A stretch of DNA of 64,000 bases from Planctomycetota bacterium (GTDB lineage Bacteria; Planctomycetota; UBA8108; SXIK01), in contig OZ244999.1 of NCBI GenBank assembly GCA_965223265.1, positions 2,848,001 to 2,912,000 on the forward strand. The letters are read 5' to 3'. The translations under genes were made by a program, and so were the position numbers. Every line of letters begins with the position of its first letter. Position 1 is the first letter of the stretch. Below, in pieces: positions 48,915 through 58,945 of the stretch. The notes under the pieces were generated by a model, which made no database searches, had not been told where the DNA came from, and worked only from the letters and a program-made list of their open reading frames with translations.

Positions 48915-49925
48915 CTACCGCGCCGCTCGTCTTACCGGGCGTAGCGATTCGAGTGTGGCTTCGAAGTCAGCTGGCAGAGCGGCGTCGAGTTCCACCATGG
49001 ACTTGCAGCGTGGATGGAAGAACCGAACGCGACGGGAGTGTAAGAGGTAGCGGTCCGGAAACATCTCGTCAGGCTCCCGTCCGCAGCCGTAGCGGTCGTC
49101 GCCGACAACTGGGTATCCTAACGCCGCGAGGTGCACTCGGATCTGATTCTGCCGGCCGGTAAGGGGACGGCAAGAAAGTAGCGTGTAATCATCAAAGCGT
49201 TCGAGCACGCGAACGTCTGTTCGCGACACTTTCAACGTCCGGTGACTGAGGCAGCTTCTGAGATCGTTTCCTTCGCCGAGCGGAATGTCGATGACAGTTT
49301 TTGCCTCCTTGGGTGGTCGGTCATTCGTCGGCAAGTGCGTTTCAGTGTGGTGACGCGGGAATTGGCCGCGCACGAGCGTGGTGTACTCCTTCTCGACATG
49401 ACGTCGCTCGAACTGCCACTGAACCGCACGGTGGACGAAGGAGTCCTTGGCGATGACGAGGGCCCCGGTGGTGTCGCGGTCGATGCGATGGCAGAGGCGT
49501 GGCACGACGCAGTGTCCGTCTGGAGTTTTTTCGCCGTGGTACTCGTGGTGCAGATAGTTGATGAGCGTGTCATAGACATGTCGGCCTACCGGATGGACGA
49601 GAATCCCTGGTGGTTTGCTGACGACAACGAGCCAAGGGTCTTCGTAGAGGCGTGGAAACTCGCGGTCCGCAAACGTCTGTGGGATTCCCGTGCCGTCGGA
49701 GAGATGCAAGGTCACCACGTCACCGGTCGATACCTTGCGTGACGCCTTCGTGGCTTCGCCGTTGACTCGTACGTGGCCGCTCCGTATGAGCCGCTGGATC
49801 CGGGAGCGGGATTTCCAGTCGAGGTGGTGCAGAACGTAGACGTCGAGGCGAATCGCTGTCTCGGAGCGTACGTCGAGGTCGATCTGTTCGCGCCGCAGCG
49901 CGAGGTTCCTGCCTCGACCGATCAC
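48915..49925 (-). CDS. rluD: RluA-family pseudouridine synthase (RluD-like, with S4 domain)
   Basis: S4 'RLD.Y...SRSRIQRLI..G.V.VNG', 'KPPG..VHP', catalytic 'HRIDRDTTG', 'TGRQNQIRVH'. Confidence 0.88.
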   Translation of the reverse strand: MIGRGRNLALRREQIDLDVRSETAIRLDVYVLHHLDWKSRSRIQRLIRSGHVRVNGEATKASRKVSTGDVVTLHLSDGTGIPQTFADREFPRLYEDPWLVVVSKPPGILVHPVGRHVYDTLINYLHHEYHGEKTPDGHCVVPRLCHRIDRDTTGALVIAKDSFVHRAVQWQFERRHVEKEYTTLVRGQFPRHHTETHLPTNDRPPKEAKTVIDIPLGEGNDLRSCLSHRTLKVSRTDVRVLERFDDYTLLSCRPLTGRQNQIRVHLAALGYPVVGDDRYGCGREPDEMFPDRYLLHSRRVRFFHPRCKSMVELDAALPADFEATLESLRPVRRAAR

Positions 49926-50923
49926 GGATGCGGCTCCAACGGATCGATAGAGGACGAATCGGGCTCATGACTTGTCACTGCGGCTCGCATCGGCAGCGCG
50001 CTCGAGACAGTGTCGGTCGCCGTCGACCAACCGAGCGCAGTGGCCAGATTCCCGGGGAGGGATGACGGACGACCGAACAGTTTCATGAGCTGCAAAGCGT
50101 TGCCGACTGCCTGACCTCGGAAGTGGTTGTTGGTGATCACATAAGCGGTCGTTGTGCGCGACGCGACGCGGGAGATGCGCTCTGCGATCGCATCTAGCTC
50201 TGAATGCGAATAGAGGTAGTCATATTTGGCATCTCTACCGCTCTTCGGATCAAACCACGCCACAGCATTTCGGCCATGCAGGCGGAAATAACCTAGCGGA
50301 CCTGTGTTGATCGAGCAGAGGCCTGGCGATGTCGACGAGTCGGGCATGTCAACGTTGACGAGGTTGGCGCCGAGTCGCTCGAAAAACCGGAGCGCACCGT
50401 CAGCGGTGCCGTCAATGAAGGACTGATGTCGTACTTCGACAAAGACGGGAAGCGGTTCCAGGCACTCGATCGAACGCTGCAGGTGAACGCGATTTTGTGG
50501 GCGGTCTTCGAAGTACCACGGGAACTGCAAGAGAACTCCGCCGAGCTTGCCTGCTTGGGCGAGTGGCGTCACTCCACCGCGAAGCTCCGATGCAATCGCT
50601 TTTGTCTCGTCCCGGCTTGCTTCTTGAACGTGAGTCAGCGCCTTGGGTGCCTTGACGGTAAAGGAGAAACGTGTCAAATCTAAGACCGTCTCGGCCCAAC
50701 GAGCCGACGTGCGCTCGTCGACCGGTCGATAGAACGTGCAGTTGATCTCGATTGTGTCGACGAGTTCAGCCAGATAGCGAAGTTCAGAGAATCCTCGCGG
50801 GCGTTTGGATGGATACACGACACCGCGCCAGTCAGGGTACGACCAACCCGCGACGCCGAAGCGGACATGGGCGAAGCGCCGAGAGGTGCTGTCGGCTTCT
50901 GAGGCTGTCATCGGATTCGACAC
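49922..50923 (-). CDS. DUF72 domain protein
   Basis: 'GVAGWSYPDWRGVVYP', 'EINCTFY', 'LLQFP', 'EVRH', 'YFRLHGRN', 'YDYLYS', 'NNH'. Confidence 0.9.
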   Translation of the reverse strand: MSNPMTASEADSTSRRFAHVRFGVAGWSYPDWRGVVYPSKRPRGFSELRYLAELVDTIEINCTFYRPVDERTSARWAETVLDLTRFSFTVKAPKALTHVQEASRDETKAIASELRGGVTPLAQAGKLGGVLLQFPWYFEDRPQNRVHLQRSIECLEPLPVFVEVRHQSFIDGTADGALRFFERLGANLVNVDMPDSSTSPGLCSINTGPLGYFRLHGRNAVAWFDPKSGRDAKYDYLYSHSELDAIAERISRVASRTTTAYVITNNHFRGQAVGNALQLMKLFGRPSSLPGNLATALGWSTATDTVSSALPMRAAVTSHEPDSSSIDPLEPHP

Positions 50924-51024
50924 TCTTTTCCAACTATGGCGAACGTTTGACCCGATCGGGCTGAGCCAGACCTCAGATTGTCCCCGGAAGGACTCTGCAA
51001 CGGGCTGCTAACTCGAGGTTAGGA

Positions 51025-51633
51025 TCACGAGGACTCAGGGCGCCTGAGAGCCGCGACGAACGCCTGATAGCTCCATTCGTAGCCGACCCGCTGTGCAGCG
51101 GTGCGGATGCGAGCATAGTACTTTTCGTACAGAGCTTCCAATGCCTCTCGATACGAGGCATCGCAGAAGTACGTTCTACACCCGAGCGGACGCCGCTCCC
51201 TCTCGGTGCACAAACCGTCTTGCCAGAACGGACACAGGACGCTGCCGTGCGGCCAAGCGAGCGGATGCTTTTGTCGCACAAACGCGATCTCGACGCTGCT
51301 GGCGTAAAGTCGATGGTCGACGCGCTCGAAGTCGCAGCACGCCTTCTTGAGCCAACACTCGACCCCCAGTTTTTCGATCTCAAGGTCGACCTCCGTGTAG
51401 ATCGCGCGCAGCTCCTGCTCGAGCTGCACGGGAAGAGCCGGCGGCAGGGGCGTTCGAGCGTTGGAGGCGGCAGCGTCAGGCGACGCGCCAGAGTTCGGAG
51501 AAGAATGCGGACTTTCCACGGACGCAGTATACCGCTGGAGGGCTGTTTGCCGTGCCGATTTCGACTCACGTCGCGCCGCTCTCGAGGCGCCGAGACGGCG
51601 GCGAGCGAGGTGTCCGTTTTTCTGACGCCGCAC
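51025..51633 (-). CDS. YkgJ-like cysteine-cluster (Fe-S/Zn) protein
   Basis: 'CWLKKACC', 'CPFWQDGLC', 'RPLGCRTYFC'. True start probably near GTG 51429. Confidence 0.75.
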   Translation of the reverse strand: MRRQKNGHLARRRLGASRAARRESKSARQTALQRYTASVESPHSSPNSGASPDAAASNARTPLPPALPVQLEQELRAIYTEVDLEIEKLGVECWLKKACCDFERVDHRLYASSVEIAFVRQKHPLAWPHGSVLCPFWQDGLCTERERRPLGCRTYFCDASYREALEALYEKYYARIRTAAQRVGYEWSYQAFVAALRRPESS

Positions 51634-52042
51634 ACTTTGCTGCGCGCAAGCTGGAAACCTAACTATCAGCGAAAACTTGGTTTGTGTTTCCCGCCCGCTT
51701 GGCTTGAAGATTGCTTTTTCAGTTCCCCGGTCGCCGACCGAGCCTCAACGAAGCTTGGTTTTGGGCGGATTCGCATCTCCCAAACACCTATGATGAACTG
51801 TCCGGTGAGAGCAGCTCGTCGGGAGAGTAGAACAGCTCAAGTCCCCCTTGCTTGGCCTAAAGCCGGGCTCGAGTGCGATGCGGTCGGCGGCCGCTCTCAA
51901 CTTTCGCCTCCTGAAACCGGGGCAGCTCCGTGCGGCGCGAGCTGCGAGTTTCAGGACGACTCACCACGGAGGCGCGCGACTGAATCGTGGGTGCGACGAC
52001 GATCTCTTGAAGTTCACCGTGTTCTCACCAGCTTGGTTGCCG

Positions 52043-55000
52043 ATGCGTTTTGGGGCGGTCGCCGCTGTGGTTTTTGGGATGGCGCTGCCCCTGTGGGCGG
52101 CGCCTCTCGACGCCACCTCGGATGCCCGCCGCCGCGTAGCACAGGCGGAGGCGCGAGGCGACGCCCACTTTCGTAAGGCGGCGAAGCACTACAGCGCTTC
52201 GAGGCAGCGCTGGGCACGAATCGAAAAGGAAGCCGGAGAGAGGCAAGCGCACGACGTCGCTCGCGCCGCGGTCGCAGCGCGCACCGCTCTCGCCGTGCTG
52301 CTCCGCCGCCCACAGCTCCTCCCTCCGGCGACTCCTCCGCCGCCTCCGCCGCCGCTGGCGGCTCGCGCTGACGCCGCCACGCCGGTTGAACTGGAGCGCC
52401 TACTTGGATTCGTCACCACGATTGAGCGAGGATTCCTGGCGCAACAGAATCGCGAGCGTCGCGATGATCTGCTGCTCTTTGAGACCCTCGCACTCCTTTT
52501 ACGTTTGGCCGGCGAGATTCACCATGTGCAGGCAGACGCCGAGTATGCCGCAGCGCTGGCGGTGGTCGAACGTCACGTGGACTCCAAGGTGCCGGCCGCG
52601 GCTGCGGTCGACGCCGGCGCTGCTTGGCGTGATTCAAGCCGCGTTCGTCTTCTCTACAAGCTGCGGCGGTTCGACCGTGCAGCGGCGGTTCTCGAGTCAG
52701 AGAGCATTGACCTCGATGCGCTTGACTCGAAAAACGTGACGCGTCATCTCCGCGTCGTCTTCGGCCTCGCACGCTTTCGCGGCGATTTAGCTGCTGAGGG
52801 CTCGGCTCTCAAGGAGCTCCGTCGGCGCGGCGAGAAGGCAGAAGAGAGTACGCGGCTGGGCGCCCGCTTTCGCTCTTTCGCCCTTGGTCGCAAGGTTGAC
52901 CTCGTGCATGCCGCGGACACGTCGCTAGCGGTCCTTCAAGGGTTTCAGTTGCAGCCGCACGACAGTCGGCTGCTACGTCATTTCGCCGCGCTTTGTGCCC
53001 TGGAGTTGGGGGAGTACTCCCTCGCCGAAGAGATCCTTGCCGGCGGCGATCTGCGGGCGGAACGCGATTCATGGCTCCGGGCCTCTATGGCCGCTCGCCT
53101 TGGGCTCGCACGTTCTCGCCTTGGCGACGACGAGGGTGCTTTGATCGCTTTCGAGTTGGCGCGAGCGAGCACGAAAGAGCTCCACCCGAGCACGTCTTTC
53201 CAGGCTAAGTTGCTCCTCAACGAAGCCCGGGCGGGTCTTGGGCTGTGGAAATTGGAGGACGCCCACAGGCGGGCCGCCGCAGTGCTCTCCCTTGCTGACG
53301 TTTCAGCCGAATACAAAGTGCGGGCGCGTCTACTCATCGCCAACGCTCTCTACGAGCGGAGCAAAGAGGAACCTTCGCTTTTGGCCGACGTCCGGCGCAC
53401 GCACGACGCCGCGCAGCGGGACCTCGACACCGCGACGAATCTCGCGTCGGACGTCGTGGCAGAACTGCGGGCGGCGCTCGCGATTGACCGCGCCAACGCG
53501 CATCGCCTCGAGGTGCTCCGGCTGCGCGGCGGGGCGGCGATCGAGGAGCGCCGTCGTGAATTGTGGAGCGAGGCGATCCGGCTGCAGGACGACGCCTTGC
53601 GGCAAGCGGATGCGGCGAACCTGCCGCGACTTGCATCAGTTGCCGCCGGAAATCTCGGCGAGCTCTACCTCGAGAGCGGCGACATAGAGTCCGCGAAATC
53701 ATTCGTCGACTGGGCGCTCGAGCGCGCGCGTCAGCTCGGACTTTTCGAGACTGAGTGGCGCTGCCATTGGTACCGCGCTCGCATTGCCAGTGCCTCCGGT
53801 GACGAAGAGGGCGCCGACGCGCACTACAGCGCGGCTCTTGATCTGGTTGAGGGGCGGCGGGCTCGGATCGTCGATTTTGGACGCAAGAGCGGCTTCTTGA
53901 ACGACAAGAGTGCTCTCTACCGCGACCTCGTGGCGCGCGAGATCCGTCGAGGCAATGCCGCGAAGGCATTGACAATGGCCGAGCGCGCGAAGGCGCGTGC
54001 ACTCGTCGAGTCGATGGGGTGGCGACACTTTCCACTGCACGATCAGCAGGAGCGAGCTCTCCTCGGGCGATGGATGACCGCCATCGCACGCCACGAGCGC
54101 GCGTCGCAGTCGCGGGCTCCACGGCTTCTTGGGGCGGCAGCGAAGCCACTCGATCTCGACGCGGTTCGTCGGGAGCTCTCTGAGATCAAGAGCGAACTGG
54201 CGAAACGCGTACGACCAGGATCGGCGCTTGCGGCAATCGTCAACGGCGATCCTGCGGACGCCCAGACGATTCGAAACAAGCTGTTGCCTCCCGCACAAAC
54301 ACTGGTTGAGTACTTCGCACTTGAGGATTCATTGGTGGTGTTCGTCGTCAATGGGGTCGGCGTTGACGTGCGCCGTCTCGGCGTCTCCGTGACAGACGTG
54401 CAACGTCAGACGGAATCCTTTCTTCGCGGTGGTGCGGCTGACGTTGCCGCAGCGCGACGTCTCTACGATTGGCTCGTCGCACCGGTTCGGCAGCTCATGG
54501 ATCAACCGCGCGTTGTCGTCGTACCCTATGGTCCGCTGCACCAACTGCCGTTTGAAACGCTTCGCGATCACAAAGGTTCGGCTCTCATCGACGCCTACGA
54601 GATCTCGTACCTGCCGGCTGCCAGTGCGCTCAGATACGTGAACAAGACACGCCCGTGTGCTAATAAGGAGAAACTGCGGTTGCTCGCAGTCGTCGATCCC
54701 GCTACTGACTACGACCGCGACGGCGAGCCGGACCTTGTGCCGCTGCCATTCGCGCGCCAAGAGGTTCAGAGTTTTGCGTGGCGATTCGCTGAGCGCGACG
54801 TTCTCGCGGGAAACCAAGCGATCGAGTCTGAGTGCGTGCGGCGGGCGGGTGACTACGACGTCATCCACTACGCGTGCCATGGCGAGTTTCATGCCTCGCG
54901 GCCTTGGGAGTCACCCCTCTTTCTGGCCGCCGGCGACGGCGAGGACGCCGCAGCGGACGGGCGGCTTCGGGCTGGAGAGATCTACGGCTTAGACCTTCGC

Positions 55001-55300
55001 AAAAGTTGTCTGGTAACGCTTTCAGGCTGCGAGACCGGTAAGAGTGCGGTCGGGCGAGGGGACGATCCCATCAGTTTGTCGACGGCGTTCCTCCACTCGG
55101 GCGCGCGGGCGTTGATCGTCAGTCTATGGCGGGTCGAGGACGAAGCGACATCGGTGCTCATGAATATTTTTTATCGGCGTTGGCTCGAAGAGGGGCAGAC
55201 GAAATCTGCGGCCCTCCGCGACGCAAAGTTAGAAATGGCGGCCGGCAAGTTCTCTCATCCCCGTCAGTGGGGTGCTTTTATCCTCATCGGTGAATCATGA
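52043..55300 (+). CDS. TPR-CHAT caspase-like protease, probably exported
   Basis: Putative signal peptide MRFGAVAAVVFGMALPLWA; TPR array; 'AERAKARAL', 'VPYGPLHQLPFE', catalytic His 'IHYACHG' and Cys 'LSGCETG', 'SLWRVED', 'HPRQWGAF'. Confidence 0.88.
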   Translation: MRFGAVAAVVFGMALPLWAAPLDATSDARRRVAQAEARGDAHFRKAAKHYSASRQRWARIEKEAGERQAHDVARAAVAARTALAVLLRRPQLLPPATPPPPPPPLAARADAATPVELERLLGFVTTIERGFLAQQNRERRDDLLLFETLALLLRLAGEIHHVQADAEYAAALAVVERHVDSKVPAAAAVDAGAAWRDSSRVRLLYKLRRFDRAAAVLESESIDLDALDSKNVTRHLRVVFGLARFRGDLAAEGSALKELRRRGEKAEESTRLGARFRSFALGRKVDLVHAADTSLAVLQGFQLQPHDSRLLRHFAALCALELGEYSLAEEILAGGDLRAERDSWLRASMAARLGLARSRLGDDEGALIAFELARASTKELHPSTSFQAKLLLNEARAGLGLWKLEDAHRRAAAVLSLADVSAEYKVRARLLIANALYERSKEEPSLLADVRRTHDAAQRDLDTATNLASDVVAELRAALAIDRANAHRLEVLRLRGGAAIEERRRELWSEAIRLQDDALRQADAANLPRLASVAAGNLGELYLESGDIESAKSFVDWALERARQLGLFETEWRCHWYRARIASASGDEEGADAHYSAALDLVEGRRARIVDFGRKSGFLNDKSALYRDLVAREIRRGNAAKALTMAERAKARALVESMGWRHFPLHDQQERALLGRWMTAIARHERASQSRAPRLLGAAAKPLDLDAVRRELSEIKSELAKRVRPGSALAAIVNGDPADAQTIRNKLLPPAQTLVEYFALEDSLVVFVVNGVGVDVRRLGVSVTDVQRQTESFLRGGAADVAAARRLYDWLVAPVRQLMDQPRVVVVPYGPLHQLPFETLRDHKGSALIDAYEISYLPAASALRYVNKTRPCANKEKLRLLAVVDPATDYDRDGEPDLVPLPFARQEVQSFAWRFAERDVLAGNQAIESECVRRAGDYDVIHYACHGEFHASRPWESPLFLAAGDGEDAAADGRLRAGEIYGLDLRKSCLVTLSGCETGKSAVGRGDDPISLSTAFLHSGARALIVSLWRVEDEATSVLMNIFYRRWLEEGQTKSAALRDAKLEMAAGKFSHPRQWGAFILIGES

Positions 55301-58300
55301 ATCGTTTGATTTCAATCCGCACAGTCGGCCCGGCGCGGCATCTGTGCCGCGCTACGACACCGCCGACGCGTGCGCGTTCTCGAGTCTGGTCGACGCTCGC
55401 TGACCAGAGCTCGGGCCGCATGCTGCGGTCTTTCGCCCTGGCTCTGAGTTTGACATGCGTTCTCTTGGCGAGTGGCTGCTCTGTGCCGTCTGACGATGTG
55501 GCCGGTGGGGCGCCCGCGGCGTCCTCGGCGGAGCCGCAGCGTGATGACACTCCACCGATCGCTGAGCCCACTTCTCCGCCACTGGTAGAGAAGGATGCTT
55601 CCGGGGACGTGAGCGACACCGAAGCACCGCTCATCTCCAGTCGCGTTGACGTCGACGTTCGCGCCGTGGCCGGTGAGGTCGCCGAGGAGGCGAGCTCGGG
55701 AAGCGCTGTGTCATTGGCCGGTTCTGATGATGAACCACTTGAGTCGGTGGTGTCGACCGACGAGCTGTCGCCTGCGCAAACGGGCGCTACGGGTGAGCGT
55801 TTGACAGACGAGGACGGCTCGGCGTTCGAAGCGGCCACTGAATCCGGCCCCGCGGCGCAGTCGGTGGACGATACCGTGGTTTCGCAAGGTAAAACCGTTG
55901 AACAGAGCCCTGCCGGGAGCGCGGTGTCGTTTCTATCGGAGGGCGATGCCGACGAAGAACCCGCGCTGCGCGACACGGCCCAACGTGTCCCGGCGCCGGG
56001 TGACCCGGCGCCGCGTGACACGGCGGCGCGGCAGCGCCTGCTCACGGCGTTCCTCCGCGGGGAAGATTTGGGCGCACAGGGGCTCGACGACGAAGGGGAG
56101 CGCTCGCAGGGTGATTCTGGCGCTCGATCAACAACCTCTGAGCCTCCTGCTGTCGACCGTCCAAACGACCAGGGCTTGGGAGATCTCCGCGGCCGACTCC
56201 TTCGCTCCGCACGCGAACGATCGGGCAGTTTGCCGCCGCCGCAGTCTCCGGGGGCAACCGAGAACGAGCCGAACCAAGGCGGTTTGCGCCAACTCAGTGA
56301 CCAACGACGCAGTGACTCACAACCCAGTGACGAATCAGCCGGGCGCCGCGACGACGGATACGGGCTTGAGGCGCCGCCACCGAGGCTGCGGTCCGGCGCC
56401 GCGCCGCCGCGTTCTTCCGAGACTCTCGATGTGAGCCCAGGCGGAAACGTACCCGGATCGGAGGGCGAGCCCGCTACCAATGGGTCGACTGCCCGTGCAG
56501 CAAACGTGAAACGTCCCGGTGACGACTTCGAGATCGTTACGCTCCATCACAAGACGGCTGGCGAGTTTCTGCGTTTCGTCCGAGAGCATTTCCCAGTGTG
56601 GATCGAAGCCGGGTATCTGCTCAAGATCGAGGGGAAAGCGCACTCGCTCATGGTGTTCGGAGTTGACGCCGAGGATGCGACGCGGAGGCGAATCATTGCG
56701 ACGCTGGAGAGGTTCGATCTTCTCGAGGTCAAGCCGACGCAAGAGTTTATCCGCCCGCGTTACATCGACGCGAAGATCGCTCTTGATGCCATCGCTATGC
56801 GTGGTCTCGCCAAGATTTGGGTCCTCACCGACGAGACCAAGACCGCTTCGTGGAAGGAAGGCGAGAACACGATGACCGCCAGCTATCGCAAGGAGGTGTA
56901 TGCGCCTCAAGAGCTTGCAGCCGGCGAGGCAGCACCGGTCGACATGCGACCGACGATTCCCTACGTCTACGAGCTCCCCTCCGTTGATCCCTTCGAGATC
57001 CCGGAGTTTTCGGCGGGCGAAGGCAACAACGAGACCAAACTCGTGCGTTTTGACCAAACATCGTCGACCGAGCGGCGCGGAGGTTTCATCGCGGTTGGTA
57101 CCGAAGAGAACATCGCGGAGATCAAAGCCTTCGTTGAGGAGATCGATCAACCTGCGAAGCTTGTGATGATCGAGGTGCAGGTCATCGAGCTCGATGCAAA
57201 CAAGTTCCTTGACCTTGGTATCGACTCGATCCAATTCGGCGAAGGACACACTGTCGGGGGCATCAGTTTGCCCTTGCCTGGTGAGCCGATCGTTCAGCCG
57301 GGTCTCGGCGACGCAGCGCGTGCCGATCCGAACCAGTTCGTCCCGGAGCTGACTCAGGAGGGGCTGTCCGCCATCTTTGATGACACGTCGGTCGATCTGT
57401 CTGGACGCTTCATCGGCAACATCCATGCTCTCGTGCGCGAAGGGAATGCCAAGATCAAAGCGCGGCCGAAGATTTTGACGCTCGACGATCGGATGAGCGT
57501 ACTGCACATCGGTCAGGATGTGCCAGTGTTCGAATCGACCAGCGTGACGCGGGACGCCACCGATGGGAATCTCGTCAGTGAAGTGCAGGAAGTCGGTACG
57601 CAGTATGTCGGATTCACCCTCAACATACGTCCACGCGTCACCGGCGGTGCCGAAGACCGCATCGCGCTTCAGGTGGAGGTGATCGTCAACGCCCTCGGTG
57701 AACGCCAACGGGTCTTCGAGGAGGATCTCGCGGGGATTCCGGCGGTCATCACGCGCCGCTATATTGGCATGCCCCTGGTGAAGAACCACCGCCCGATCGT
57801 TCTCGGTGGTTTGATTCAGGAAGAGGAGGTCGAGTCGATCAACAAGATCCCTCTCCTTGGAGACATCCCGCTGCTGGGTTACCTGTTCCGTCGCACGCAG
57901 AAGACGCAGTCGCGCAACGAGGTGATCTTCGTGCTGACGCCGCACATCCTGTCGCAGAAGGGCGTCGACCGGCAGGGGACGCCGAAGGAAAGTCCGATCT
58001 TCGACACGTTTGATAGCGCGCTCTTCAACGACAAGCACATCATCAAAGGCCGCGACGTGCTCGGTATCGACCCGATCACCGGCAATCCTGCGGTCGTGGA
58101 CGGCAAGCAGTTTTCCAAGGAAGAAGTCGTCGACCTGACGCTCCTTAACATCATCAAACAGCGTGAGCTCATTAGCAAGCTTGGCATTTTGGACGACTAC
58201 TTGAGTGACGCCCTCTCGGATCTTAATTGGCTCCAGCGTAAGTGGCCGGAGCGCACCGTCGGCTGGTGGTCGGCGCGCGACCAGGAAGTTTTCTTTCGCG

Positions 58301-58914
58301 CCTCGGCGATTCTCATTGAGAACATCAAGGAACTAAACTCCGATCTGACTTATGAGGAGCTGACGCTGCCGCGCCGCGAGATCGTGCTGCCGACTACACC
58401 ATTTAGAATCAGTCTTAGCTACGACCAGGTCCACGAGTTGCAGCTCCTCGGCGCACCTCTTCTGCGCGGCGAGCGCGTTGAACTTGACGAAGAAACGCTC
58501 GGTGTGCTGCGTGAGGCAGGCGATCGCAGCCTCTTGGACTTCGCCGAGTTTCTCGAACGCCGCCAAACGAAAGCTGAAGATCATGGCGAGCTCATTGTCG
58601 AGCTCAAGCGCTACTACGGCGGACTGAGGCCAGATAGCTCAAAACTGGAGTCGATTGCGTACGCCGAGATCTACCGCGAATTGGCCGCGGAAAAAGTCAA
58701 CTTCACAGGATTGGCGACGTACCTTCGGGAAAACCTGGCGACGCGCTATCGCGATTTCGGTGCACCCGATGTTGGCTCGTTTGCACAGGACGTGACGCTC
58801 TTCTTGAAATCTTCTGTGACTCTTTTTCATCGCGGCAAGCGGCTGCGCCAGCTTGAGACCAAGTGGATGAAGATTGGCGAACCACCAACGGAGCAAGAAG
58901 ATTCGAACCAGTAG
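55297..58914 (+). CDS. Secretin (type II/III) lipoprotein with long disordered N-terminus and C-terminal extension
   Basis: Lipobox LASGC (alternative start ATG 55420); 'IDQPAKLVMIEVQVIE', 'ARPKILTLD', 'IVLGGLI', 'KIPLLGDIPLLGYLFR...VIFVLTPHIL'; about 310 aa follow the secretin domain. ATGA overlap with the CHAT gene. Confidence 0.88.
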   Translation: MNRLISIRTVGPARHLCRATTPPTRARSRVWSTLADQSSGRMLRSFALALSLTCVLLASGCSVPSDDVAGGAPAASSAEPQRDDTPPIAEPTSPPLVEKDASGDVSDTEAPLISSRVDVDVRAVAGEVAEEASSGSAVSLAGSDDEPLESVVSTDELSPAQTGATGERLTDEDGSAFEAATESGPAAQSVDDTVVSQGKTVEQSPAGSAVSFLSEGDADEEPALRDTAQRVPAPGDPAPRDTAARQRLLTAFLRGEDLGAQGLDDEGERSQGDSGARSTTSEPPAVDRPNDQGLGDLRGRLLRSARERSGSLPPPQSPGATENEPNQGGLRQLSDQRRSDSQPSDESAGRRDDGYGLEAPPPRLRSGAAPPRSSETLDVSPGGNVPGSEGEPATNGSTARAANVKRPGDDFEIVTLHHKTAGEFLRFVREHFPVWIEAGYLLKIEGKAHSLMVFGVDAEDATRRRIIATLERFDLLEVKPTQEFIRPRYIDAKIALDAIAMRGLAKIWVLTDETKTASWKEGENTMTASYRKEVYAPQELAAGEAAPVDMRPTIPYVYELPSVDPFEIPEFSAGEGNNETKLVRFDQTSSTERRGGFIAVGTEENIAEIKAFVEEIDQPAKLVMIEVQVIELDANKFLDLGIDSIQFGEGHTVGGISLPLPGEPIVQPGLGDAARADPNQFVPELTQEGLSAIFDDTSVDLSGRFIGNIHALVREGNAKIKARPKILTLDDRMSVLHIGQDVPVFESTSVTRDATDGNLVSEVQEVGTQYVGFTLNIRPRVTGGAEDRIALQVEVIVNALGERQRVFEEDLAGIPAVITRRYIGMPLVKNHRPIVLGGLIQEEEVESINKIPLLGDIPLLGYLFRRTQKTQSRNEVIFVLTPHILSQKGVDRQGTPKESPIFDTFDSALFNDKHIIKGRDVLGIDPITGNPAVVDGKQFSKEEVVDLTLLNIIKQRELISKLGILDDYLSDALSDLNWLQRKWPERTVGWWSARDQEVFFRASAILIENIKELNSDLTYEELTLPRREIVLPTTPFRISLSYDQVHELQLLGAPLLRGERVELDEETLGVLREAGDRSLLDFAEFLERRQTKAEDHGELIVELKRYYGGLRPDSSKLESIAYAEIYRELAAEKVNFTGLATYLRENLATRYRDFGAPDVGSFAQDVTLFLKSSVTLFHRGKRLRQLETKWMKIGEPPTEQEDSNQ

Positions 58915-58945
58915 ACCATACAGTACGCGGCCCAGTTTCGATGAG

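Noticed and set aside
52043-55300. CHAT protease as part of a type III-E CRISPR or gasdermin defence system
   Set aside because: No Cas7-11, Csx30/31, CRISPR array or gasdermin-like ORF is recognisable nearby.
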